A DNA stretch of 32,000 nucleotides from Ferroglobus placidus DSM 10642 (GCF_000025505.1 NC_013849.1:1080001-1112000), one strand, 5' to 3'. Positions 16,023 through 23,631 are shown, counted from the first letter of the stretch. Numbers and translations: made by a program. The notes: generated by a model from the letters alone, not told the origin.

Positions 16023-17198
16023 ATGAGCGAAGCTTTCGGCTACGTTTATCCGAACCACGAGGTCTTCTGGGGAATACTCATCGTAATCTATCCGTACTTC
16101 GTTAGCATAATCACCGGAATGGTTACGATTTACGCTATAAGCGAATTCTGGAGGAAAGAGCTAAAACCTCTGGAGAAAATGATCCTCGTGGGAACTTTTC
16201 CGTTCGTGCTTTCCGCTCTACTTCCTTTGCTTTTAGACCTCGGACAGCCTCAGAGAGCTTTTGAAATCTACGTAACCCCCAATTTCTCCTCGGTGATGGC
16301 AGTTTTCGGTATCGTTTACTTGACGGAGCTGTTCGCCATACTCGGAGAGCTGTGGTTCGTTTACAGAGTTGACTTCATCTGGTGGTCTCAGACTGAGAGA
16401 AATCCGATAAAAAAGTTGATTTACAAAATACTCACCCTCGGAGTTTACGATATAAGCAGGAAAGCGATAGAAGTTGATCACAAAATCATAAAGGTTCTTA
16501 CGTTCGTCGAGCTTATAGCTGCGTGGTGTCTCAGCTACGTTTCGTTCCTCTTCGGAGTTGTTAAGTCAAATCCATGGTGGAACACAACGATTTTACCAGT
16601 CAGTTTCGTCTTCGGAGGATTGGCTGCAGGAGGAGCTATGGTTCTCATACTCTACTTGATATTCTCCAGCCACTACGGAAAGAGAGTGGACGAGAAAATC
16701 ATCGATATAATATCTAACTACGTCTTCTTCTTCCTCCTCGCAGCGTTTGCTTTGGAGATGATCAACACGATTCTCTACGCCTACAAAGAAGACGTCGCAT
16801 GGGCTGTGATTAGAATCACCTCTACCGAGCTTGCAGTCCCAATGGCTATAGCCGTTATCGGCTCCCTCGAAGCTTTGCTCTTCCTCAGGTACTCAAGGAT
16901 GGTTAGCGGAGCTCTCAAACAGATAATGGTCGGCATAGCAAGCGTATCCGTGCTGATAGCAGTTTTCGCTCTGAGATGGAACATGGTAATCGGAGCGCAG
17001 CTTGTGGATTACAGTCTGAGAGGTTACGTCTCCTACACTCCGCCACTCTTCGGAAAAGAGGGAGTCTTAGCGGCACTTCTCGTTTTAGCAGCACCCTTCG
17101 TATTAATGGCAATCGTAAACTACTTCTTACCGCCATACGAAAAAGAGGTTAAGGAAACTGAAATTTCGAGACCGACGACTTCAGTGAGCGAGGCATGA
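16023..17198 (+). CDS. NrfD/PsrC-family integral membrane quinol-interacting subunit
   Basis: The protein is 391 aa with about 8-10 TM. It lies immediately after an NrfC-like subunit (TAA then ATG with no gap). The N-terminal HEVFWGILIVIYPYF segment is typical of the family, as recalled. Confidence 0.8.
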   Translation: MSEAFGYVYPNHEVFWGILIVIYPYFVSIITGMVTIYAISEFWRKELKPLEKMILVGTFPFVLSALLPLLLDLGQPQRAFEIYVTPNFSSVMAVFGIVYLTELFAILGELWFVYRVDFIWWSQTERNPIKKLIYKILTLGVYDISRKAIEVDHKIIKVLTFVELIAAWCLSYVSFLFGVVKSNPWWNTTILPVSFVFGGLAAGGAMVLILYLIFSSHYGKRVDEKIIDIISNYVFFFLLAAFALEMINTILYAYKEDVAWAVIRITSTELAVPMAIAVIGSLEALLFLRYSRMVSGALKQIMVGIASVSVLIAVFALRWNMVIGAQLVDYSLRGYVSYTPPLFGKEGVLAALLVLAAPFVLMAIVNYFLPPYEKEVKETEISRPTTSVSEA

Positions 17199-18229
17199 AG
17201 TGGAAGTGTCCGTTTTGCGGCTACGAAAACGAATCGGAAAAGCTCGTATGCGAGGTATGCGGAAAGCAGTTCAAGTGGAGAAAGGGGAAGCTCGTAGAGG
17301 TTAAAAAACGTCCTCCGGAGTTCTGGATTTCAATTTTTATTTTAACCTTTGCAATAATATTTAACGCAATTTTGATAGGAGTCGAGTACGCAAGCGACCC
17401 AAAGATCTGCACGAGCTGTCACGAGATGGAGAAGTACTTCGAAAGCTGGAACGAATCAACGCATAAGGGAATAAAGTGCTACGAGTGCCACTACGGCAGA
17501 GGAGTTCTGAACTTTTTGCGCGGCACGTATCACTCGCTATCAGTTCTTCAGCCAAAAGTGCCTCCCTACGTTAACCTTCCGGCGAACATTTCCAGCGAAA
17601 ATTGCCTGAGTTGTCATGGAGATATTGAAAAGGTAAAGTACGTACACTACGGAGAGATAAACTTCAGCCACGTCAACCACTTAAACGGCTACAAGAGAGG
17701 TTTTCTAAAGTTGGAGTGCGTGAGCTGTCACAGAGAAATAGTTATCGGCAGCCACATTGCTGTGAAAAATTCCACGTGCTTCGTCTGCCATTTCTACGAA
17801 ACTCCGGAAGGAGTCCCCATTAGCGGCTGTCCCTCATGCCACAACTACCACGATATAGAATTCGTCGTCGGAAACAGAACTTTCAAGCATTCGGTTCACG
17901 TGGAGAGGGGAATAAAGTGCATATTCTGCCACGAGAAGACGTACGTGCTTATAGGAAATATGGAAGTTAAGTGCAAAAAATGCCACGTTAGAGAGATGAA
18001 CGCCACGCTGCCAGACTTAACTATGCACGGCATACACGTCAACAAGTTTAAACTCGATTGCTTGCAGTGCCATCCAGACATCGTGCACAAGCCGATAGTT
18101 AGCGAAGAGAAATGCAAAACGTGCCATCCAGACATAAAATACGAAAAGAAGGAAGAGGAAAAGAAAAAGGAGGAAGAAGGAGTGGTGAAAGAAGAGGAGA
18201 AGGGTGAAGGCGTTACTATAATTCCATGA
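17195..18229 (+). CDS. Zinc-ribbon / TM-anchored decahaem c-type cytochrome with a NapC/NirT/NrfH-like first haem motif
   Basis: ATGA overlap with the nrfD-like stop. The zinc ribbon is CPFC-x13-CEVC, followed by a basic stretch and the TM FWISIFILTFAIIFNAILIGV. The first haem context is CTSCHEMEKYFESWNESTH (NapC/NirT style). There are 10 CxxCH motifs in total. The C-terminal tail is K/E-rich. Confidence 0.9.
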   Translation: MKWKCPFCGYENESEKLVCEVCGKQFKWRKGKLVEVKKRPPEFWISIFILTFAIIFNAILIGVEYASDPKICTSCHEMEKYFESWNESTHKGIKCYECHYGRGVLNFLRGTYHSLSVLQPKVPPYVNLPANISSENCLSCHGDIEKVKYVHYGEINFSHVNHLNGYKRGFLKLECVSCHREIVIGSHIAVKNSTCFVCHFYETPEGVPISGCPSCHNYHDIEFVVGNRTFKHSVHVERGIKCIFCHEKTYVLIGNMEVKCKKCHVREMNATLPDLTMHGIHVNKFKLDCLQCHPDIVHKPIVSEEKCKTCHPDIKYEKKEEEKKKEEEGVVKEEEKGEGVTIIP

Positions 18230-18233
18230 TAAA

Positions 18234-18246
18234 TTTTGATTTTTTT
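18234..18246 (+). terminator. Oligo-T tracts, candidate terminator of the cytochrome operon
   Basis: TTTTGATTTTTTT starts 5 nt after the TGA stop at 18227-18229. Confidence 0.35.
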
Positions 18247-18347
18247 ACGCGAAAGATTTATAATCTATCTCACCATCACAAGATTTAAATTCCCAGAATC
18301 AGTTTTCCCGATTGCTCCTCAAATAAAAACCAAACTGTTGTGAGACT

Positions 18348-19208
18348 ATGATGCTGGAGAAACTTGAAGAGAGAAAAGAGCAACTCGAAAAGGAGCTCCA
18401 AAGTTATATAGCAAAGAGGGACGAGCTAAACAAGTTGTCCAAGGAGTACGCCCAGAAGAGAGACGAACTGAATTCGCAGGTTAGAGAGCTTTTATCTAAG
18501 GTTAGGGAGTTGAAGCAGAAGAGAGACGAGTTCAACAGCAAGGCGAAAGAAATAAGGGCGAAGAGGAAGGAGCTATACAACGAGATAGACAGACTCTACA
18601 AAGAGCTCGACAGAGTAAGGAGAAGCATAGACAAAGGAGGAAGACCTCTGGGAGAAATAGAGAAAGAGATTAGAAGGTTGGAATTCAGGCAGCAGACGGC
18701 TGTTTTAACGATAGAAAGGGAAAGAGCTTTGGTTGAAAGGATTGCCAGATTAAAGAAAGAGCTTGAAGAGAGAAAGCAGCAGCTGGAAAGGCACGAAGAG
18801 TTCAGAAAGCTCATTGCGAAAATTAGAGAACTAAAGGAGGAAGTTAGAAAACTTACCGAGGAAATGAACAGCTACGTAAGCGAAGCAGACAAATACCACG
18901 CTGAGATCGTGGAAATTCTCCAGAAAGTGGAAGAGCTGAGAAAGAATGCCGATGAGATGCACAAGAAGTTCGTGGAAAGCAAGAAGGAAGCTGACAGGTG
19001 TCACGCGGAAGTCGTGAGGATCAGAAAGGACATAAAAGACCTCGACAAAGTCATAAAAGCCTTAAAAGCGAAGCAAGCGAAATCGAAGGAGGATCTGGAG
19101 AGAGAAGAACTTATGAGAAGAGCCAGAGAGATCTACGAGATGTTCAAGAGAGGAGAGAAGATCGAAACTGAGGATTTGTTAATACTTCAGAGAGCAGGAT
19201 TTATTTAA
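18348..19208 (+). CDS. Archaeal coiled-coil protein (COG1340-like)
   Basis: The protein is 286 aa with almost continuous heptad-like K/E/R/L composition. Repeated KRDE-L/F-N-S units are present (AQKRDELNSQVRELLSKVRELKQKRDEFNSKAKEIRAKRKELYNEI). Confidence 0.7.
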   Translation: MMLEKLEERKEQLEKELQSYIAKRDELNKLSKEYAQKRDELNSQVRELLSKVRELKQKRDEFNSKAKEIRAKRKELYNEIDRLYKELDRVRRSIDKGGRPLGEIEKEIRRLEFRQQTAVLTIERERALVERIARLKKELEERKQQLERHEEFRKLIAKIRELKEEVRKLTEEMNSYVSEADKYHAEIVEILQKVEELRKNADEMHKKFVESKKEADRCHAEVVRIRKDIKDLDKVIKALKAKQAKSKEDLEREELMRRAREIYEMFKRGEKIETEDLLILQRAGFI

Positions 19209-19219
19209 ACCAAAAAATA

Positions 19220-19227
19220 TTTATAAT
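19220..19227 (+). promoter_or_regulatory. Candidate TATA box (with an A-rich BRE-like tract upstream) for a leaderless grx-like/FTR-like transcript
   Basis: CAAAAAATATTTATAAT: TTTATAAT ends 19 nt before ATG 19247. No SD is present. Confidence 0.5.
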
Positions 19228-19246
19228 TTGAATTTTACTTAACCTC

Positions 19247-19498
19247 ATGGTAAAGGTTTACGCTCTGACCACTTGCCCTTACTGCAAGAAGACGAAAAAG
19301 TTTCTCGAAGAAAACGGAGTCGATTTTGAAATAATTTACATAGACAAACTGAGCGGCGAGGAGAGGAAGAAAGTTGTGGAGGAAGTTCACAAACTAACTG
19401 GAATGTACGCAGTACCAGTTACCGTTCACGGGGATAAAGTAATAGTCGGTTACAAAGAAGATGAGCTCAAAAAACTCGTGGAGGAGTTGAAAAAATGA
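19247..19498 (+). CDS. Glutaredoxin-like small redox protein (CPYC active site)
   Basis: The protein is 83 aa. MVKVYALTTCPYCKKTKKFLEENGVDFEIIYID has thioredoxin-fold glutaredoxin/NrdH-like topology, and VPVTVHGDKVIVG contains the cis-Pro region. Confidence 0.85.
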   Translation: MVKVYALTTCPYCKKTKKFLEENGVDFEIIYIDKLSGEERKKVVEEVHKLTGMYAVPVTVHGDKVIVGYKEDELKKLVEELKK

Positions 19499-19830
19499 CG
19501 CCTGAAGAGTACGTGAAACTTCTCGAAAAAGTTGCGGAAAGAAAAGGATGGAAGCTGAACAAAGACGAGGAGCTCGTTCTTGAGTTCGCAAAAGGGCTCC
19601 TCGAAAACAAGAAAAGGTACGGCTTCGCTTACTGTCCTTGCAGGTTTCCTATAGGAGATAAAGAAATAGACAGGAGAATCATCTGTCCGTGCGTTTACGC
19701 AAAGGAGGATATCGAAAAGTACGGTAGATGTTACTGCGGGCTTTTTGTTAGTAAGGAGGTTTACGAGGGAAAAAAGAAGGCTGCCGAAGTGGTTCCAGAC
19801 AGGCATGCGGAGTTCATCTTGAAGAAATGA
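19495..19830 (+). CDS. Ferredoxin:thioredoxin reductase catalytic-subunit-like protein (FTRc/FDR-like)
   Basis: ATGA overlap with the grx-like gene. The Cys pattern is CPC-x14-CPC-x12-CYC in YGFAYCPCRFPIGDKEIDRRIICPCVYAKEDIEKYGRCYCGLF. This corresponds to the FTRc CPC...CPC...CHC cluster/disulfide motif, with Tyr in place of His. Confidence 0.8.
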   Translation: MTPEEYVKLLEKVAERKGWKLNKDEELVLEFAKGLLENKKRYGFAYCPCRFPIGDKEIDRRIICPCVYAKEDIEKYGRCYCGLFVSKEVYEGKKKAAEVVPDRHAEFILKK

Positions 19831-20200
19831 GGCTAAGCAAGACGAAGGAAATTATCGTAGCAAATCCTATTCCGAAGAGCGTAACGTCTAAATTCGGGAA
19901 CCCGTTTTTCACTATCCACAGAGCTCCGTTGTAAACGCTCACGAGGATGAACGTAACTACTCCAGAAATTATAGCCCCTCCAAGAATGTAGTTGGGGAAT
20001 TCAGCTCCCCTACTTTCCACGAACTTGGAAGCGAGAACCAAAATTATCGCAAACACAAAGAAGACAACCGAATGCCTCACTGAGAAAATTCCGAGGAATA
20101 AGGCAGAGTAAACTCCGTAACCGCAGAGGAAGAGGATAAAACCCAAAGCGAGAGAGACTGCGAGAGGGTAAAATATCTTCGACTTCTCAATTTTATCCAT
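19814..20200 (-). CDS. Small membrane protein (128 aa, 4 TM); function unknown
   Basis: Four hydrophobic helices are present. The 3' end overlaps the convergent FTR-like gene by 17 nt. Confidence 0.6.
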   Translation of the reverse strand: MDKIEKSKIFYPLAVSLALGFILFLCGYGVYSALFLGIFSVRHSVVFFVFAIILVLASKFVESRGAEFPNYILGGAIISGVVTFILVSVYNGALWIVKNGFPNLDVTLFGIGFATIISFVLLSLISSR

Positions 20201-20229
20201 GTTTGACGTAAAACAAACTATGGTATTTA

Positions 20230-20661
20230 TTACTTTTCCACAATTACAAGCATTTCGATGATAGTTTTTCTATCCTTCAAAAGTTCCACGAATTCCCTGC
20301 TTAGATCTCTCGCAGCTTTGCTCGCTCTGATCAGCAAGGTTCTTCCGCAAACAAAATCGCTCTTCCTAACAACCACATCGTTCTCGTCTTCAAAACTCAT
20401 CTTTTTCGAACCGAAGCCGAACAGCCTTTCTTCGAGACCGTAATCTGGAAGTCTCAAAACTACTTCAACTCTTTCCGCATTTCTCAAAATCTGCTTAAGC
20501 TCTTCGTTTACATCTCTAATGGACTTGTCAGCTCTAACGCCAATTATACAATCTCCCCTCGGAGTGAGTTCCTTTTCCTTGGTTATTTCAAAAGTAGTTT
20601 TGTGAGTGGCTTTGATGTTCTCGTGACCGTAAGCAGAAATAACTTCAAGAATTTTTCCCAT
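20230..20661 (-). CDS. Conserved archaeal protein, DUF371-like (recalled, not verified)
   Basis: The protein is 143 aa. It contains AYGHENIKATHKTTFEITKEKELTPRGDCIIGVRADK. It lies 3 nt downstream of rps15. Confidence 0.5.
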   Translation of the reverse strand: MGKILEVISAYGHENIKATHKTTFEITKEKELTPRGDCIIGVRADKSIRDVNEELKQILRNAERVEVVLRLPDYGLEERLFGFGSKKMSFEDENDVVVRKSDFVCGRTLLIRASKAARDLSREFVELLKDRKTIIEMLVIVEK

Positions 20662-20664
20662 TCG

Positions 20665-21123
20665 TCACTTCGAAAGCTCGATCTCAAGTCTCTGCGGATC
20701 GTACTTCCAGTCCTTCGGAAGGACCCCCTTCTCTTTATAGTATTCGCTAAGCCTCCATATCTTCGCTTCAATTAGCTGCAAACCTCTTCTGTTGTGGATG
20801 TCTTTCTTGTGAACTTCCAAGTGCTTTCTCAAATTGATGGCTTTCTTTATCAAAGCCTTGAGGTCTTCGGGAATCTTTATCTCAATTCCGTGCTCCTTCA
20901 AAATTTTCGTGATCTTCTTTCCAGTTACCTGCTTAACTGAAGGAATTCCGTATCTGTCTCTGAGGATCATTCCGATCATGCTCGGCTCGTATCCTTCCTT
21001 GTAAAGCTCCACAACCTTCTTTTCCACTTCCTCCGGACTCATGTCGACCCACGGAGGCTTACCTTCCCTGTAAACTCTTTTAGACCCTGACTTCCCTCTT
21101 CTTCTCGCATGCATTCGTGCCAT
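20665..21123 (-). CDS. rps15: 30S ribosomal protein S15 (uS15, archaeal type)
   Basis: I trimmed the start to ATG 21123, which has a GGTGAT SD 3 nt upstream. The N-terminus is [17 protein letters not shown]..., followed by [34 protein letters not shown] and [25 protein letters not shown]. Confidence 0.92.
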   Translation of the reverse strand: MARMHARRRGKSGSKRVYREGKPPWVDMSPEEVEKKVVELYKEGYEPSMIGMILRDRYGIPSVKQVTGKKITKILKEHGIEIKIPEDLKALIKKAINLRKHLEVHKKDIHNRRGLQLIEAKIWRLSEYYKEKGVLPKDWKYDPQRLEIELSK

Positions 21124-21148
21124 AGCATCACCAGATTTGGAGGAAGAT

Positions 21149-21694
21149 TTAAAAATTTTTTGTGAGCCACTCGAAGAAGCTTTGGAAAGCTTTTCTTCTG
21201 TGACTAACCTTATTCTTTTCCTCCCCCATCTCCGCAAAAGTTTTTCCTTGGTACTCGAAAATTGGATCGAAGCCGAATCCGTGAGTGCCCCTAATTTCCT
21301 CCGCTATCCTCCCCTCCACCTCGCCCTTGAAGATGTGAAACTCGGAGCCGTCGTAAAAAACCACTACAGCCACAAATTTTGCTTTTCTGTTCTCAACGCC
21401 CTCCATCAGTTTTAAAATTCCCTCGTTACCTATCGTTTTGAAGACGTAAGAGGAGTAAACTCCGGGAAAACCCTTCAAAGCCTCCACGAAAAGTCCGCTG
21501 TCCTCTATCACGAACATTGGTTCTATCCTATTAGCCAAATACTTCGCACTTTTCAAAGCTACTTCTTCCAAACTTTCTCCCTGAAACTCGTCGTAGCGGT
21601 AATTCAACCAAGAAACTTCTATTCCGTACTCCTCCGCTATTCCCCTAACTTCCCGATACTTCCCCTCATTTGTCGTAACGAAGTTCAACTTCAT
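21149..21694 (-). CDS. Non-canonical purine NTP pyrophosphatase (HAM1/RdgB/ITPase family)
   Basis: Supporting motifs are [43 protein letters not shown] and [11 protein letters not shown]. Confidence 0.9.
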   Translation of the reverse strand: MKLNFVTTNEGKYREVRGIAEEYGIEVSWLNYRYDEFQGESLEEVALKSAKYLANRIEPMFVIEDSGLFVEALKGFPGVYSSYVFKTIGNEGILKLMEGVENRKAKFVAVVVFYDGSEFHIFKGEVEGRIAEEIRGTHGFGFDPIFEYQGKTFAEMGEEKNKVSHRRKAFQSFFEWLTKNF

Positions 21695-22595
21695 TTTTAA
21701 CAGCCTCCATAAACCCTCTCAAAGCGAGATGGAAGTAGCTTTCGGCAAACCTCGACTTTTTCAACCACTCCCAGAGAAACTTATAGTCTTCGTCAACCTC
21801 AAGCAACTTCTCATGCATCCCCTCAACGCTTTCGCAAGAGAAAGCAAGTTTTTTCCACTCGAAAAGCTTCTCCTCTATCTTATCGAGCATGTCTTTCTCT
21901 CCAACTCCGAAGTGCGTGTATGCGATCTTCTCGACGTTCAGCTTCCTCATTTTTCTTATCGACTCGACAGCCTTTTCGAAATTGAAAACTGGAGGAGTCG
22001 TGGGAATCACGTGCCCATCCTTGTAAACTCCAGCAGAGTCTCCGGGAAAGAGGATTTTATCTATAACGAAGGACTGGTGGTGAGGAGCGTGCCCCGGAGT
22101 GTGGACGACCTTTATCTTACTCTCACCCAAAGAATATTCCGAGTTGTCTTCGGAAACGATTATTCTGCTCTCATCAATCGGTAAAGGCTTTCCGTAAACT
22201 TCCGCTACTTCGTTTAAAACGCTCTTTGAAGCCCTCCAAAGCCTTTCTGGATTTACCAAATGCTCAGCACCCCTCGGATGCACCACGACCTTCGCTTTTT
22301 CGCAAATCCTCACGAGGCTTCCAGCCGCTCCGCTGTGATCGAGATGGACGTGAGTGACAGCAATATATTTAACCCTTTCCGGATTTATACCGAGCTCCTC
22401 GAAAACTTCAGAGAAAATTCCAGAAGTGCTTTCCGCTCCCGTCTCAACTATCGCCACCTCACCCCTATCGACGATGAATGAGAAGACGATGCCTTTCTCT
22501 CCGCCTACTTCAGTGTCAATCGCATATATTCCGTCTGCAACCTCCGAAATCATCATAGCCCTACAGAACTCCATTAGATAAATAAACTTACTCAA
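21666..22595 (-). CDS. MBL-fold metallo-hydrolase
   Basis: [12 protein letters not shown] contains the HxHxDH motif, HTPGHAPHH is also present, and the N-terminus is DGIYAIDT. The start is uncertain: TTG 22595 (TTGA overlap with the upstream gene) or ATG 22556 ([11 protein letters not shown]). Confidence 0.85.
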   Translation of the reverse strand: MSKFIYLMEFCRAMMISEVADGIYAIDTEVGGEKGIVFSFIVDRGEVAIVETGAESTSGIFSEVFEELGINPERVKYIAVTHVHLDHSGAAGSLVRICEKAKVVVHPRGAEHLVNPERLWRASKSVLNEVAEVYGKPLPIDESRIIVSEDNSEYSLGESKIKVVHTPGHAPHHQSFVIDKILFPGDSAGVYKDGHVIPTTPPVFNFEKAVESIRKMRKLNVEKIAYTHFGVGEKDMLDKIEEKLFEWKKLAFSCESVEGMHEKLLEVDEDYKFLWEWLKKSRFAESYFHLALRGFMEAVKNEVELRYDK

Positions 22596-23323
22596 CTGAA
22601 AAGCTTCCTCATCTTAAATATGCTCCTTCGATAAAGCTCCCCAGAGATTATGAAAACAGCTATCGAAAAAGCTTCGAGAAGGTTGTATTCATCCATATAT
22701 CCATTAACACCCATGAAAACAGCCAGTGAAAAAATGCAAGAGGCTAAAGGAATCCCCACGAGCTTATCAACCGAATCTAAGGGTAGCTGCACTATCGCAT
22801 GCTCTATCCTCTTCTCTTTCAACGTGAAGTAGAAAAGTAAGAGAAGTATCGGAAAGGAGATAACGTATACAAATTCCGACAGCAGCACGACAACCTCAAC
22901 GAAAGGAGCGTGCTCGGGCAATTCAGCCGCTAAAAGCCAGAAAGCGAATAAGTAAAGCAATAACAATCCAGCTCTGTTTAAATCAAAATCCTCTATATTA
23001 AATTCCATAATTTTTATAAAATTAATTATAACAAAAACGTGAGCAACAATCAGAACTGGAAGAGCAATGGAAATGTAAATGAACATGTTTAGCAGGCTAA
23101 AACCTAATTTTTTTCCGGTTATATCCGACATTAGTTCAAAAAACTCCACTACAGAGATAATGAGGAATGAAATACAGATTAAGAGCAAGTAAGAGGTTAT
23201 ATAAGACCAAAGATGGCTTTCCAACGTTTTTATCCTCGAGAAGTTTAATAACATTATTCCAAACGTTAGGGACAATATTAGGCAAATAATTGAAATTCCC
23301 GTGCCTATAAATGTTAAGTTCAT
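22592..23323 (-). CDS. Polytopic membrane protein (243 aa, about 7 TM); function unknown, visibly AT-rich
   Basis: The sequence is continuously hydrophobic and rich in Ile/Phe/Leu/Asn. I recognise no family. It is coupled to the MBL-hydrolase gene. Confidence 0.55.
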   Translation of the reverse strand: MNLTFIGTGISIICLILSLTFGIMLLNFSRIKTLESHLWSYITSYLLLICISFLIISVVEFFELMSDITGKKLGFSLLNMFIYISIALPVLIVAHVFVIINFIKIMEFNIEDFDLNRAGLLLLYLFAFWLLAAELPEHAPFVEVVVLLSEFVYVISFPILLLLFYFTLKEKRIEHAIVQLPLDSVDKLVGIPLASCIFSLAVFMGVNGYMDEYNLLEAFSIAVFIISGELYRRSIFKMRKLFS

Positions 23324-23402
23324 TAAGCTCTCTATTCCACCTTACACTTAAATTATTTTTCCATTTCACTTTTTAATTTACAAAACTGTAACACAGCAAA
23401 AG

Positions 23403-23410
23403 TTAAATAA
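23403..23410 (+). promoter_or_regulatory. Candidate TATA box for a leaderless rps17e-dapA transcript
   Basis: TTAAATAA, preceded by GCAAAAG, is centred about 27 nt upstream of ATG 23434. No SD is present. Confidence 0.45.
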
Positions 23411-23433
23411 TCGCCGAGCTTCAATTCCTATCT

Positions 23434-23631
23434 ATGGGGACGGTAAAGCCCGCTTACATTAAAAACATAGCGATGGAACTCCTTAAAAAGTACGGTGAAC
23501 TGTTCACCGGAGACTTCGATCACAACAAGAAGCTCGTAGCTGAGCTGACAAACATAAAGAGTAAGAGAGTAAGGAACAGAGTCGCCGGGTATATAACGAG
23601 AAAGATCAACAGAGGGTGGGTAAATGTTTGA
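23434..23631 (+). CDS. rps17e: 30S ribosomal protein S17e (eS17)
   Basis: MGTVKPAYIKNIAMELLKKYGELFTGDFDHNKKLVAELTNIKSKRVRNRVAGYITRK matches the S17e family pattern. The protein is 65 aa. Confidence 0.92.
   Translation: MGTVKPAYIKNIAMELLKKYGELFTGDFDHNKKLVAELTNIKSKRVRNRVAGYITRKINRGWVNV

Noticed and set aside
18348-19208. Internal DNA repeats (CAGAAGAGAGACGA... appearing twice) that might indicate a repeat element.
   Set aside because: They are in frame and encode repeated KRDE(L/F)N coiled-coil heptads of a single protein, so this is ordinary intragenic periodicity.
21124-21237. An N-terminal extension of the S15 ORF ([17 protein letters not shown]...SGDA) as given in the ORF track.
   Set aside because: Archaeal S15 starts at [16 protein letters not shown] 21123 has a GGTGAT SD 3 nt upstream. 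The extension would also overlap the HAM1 gene end.
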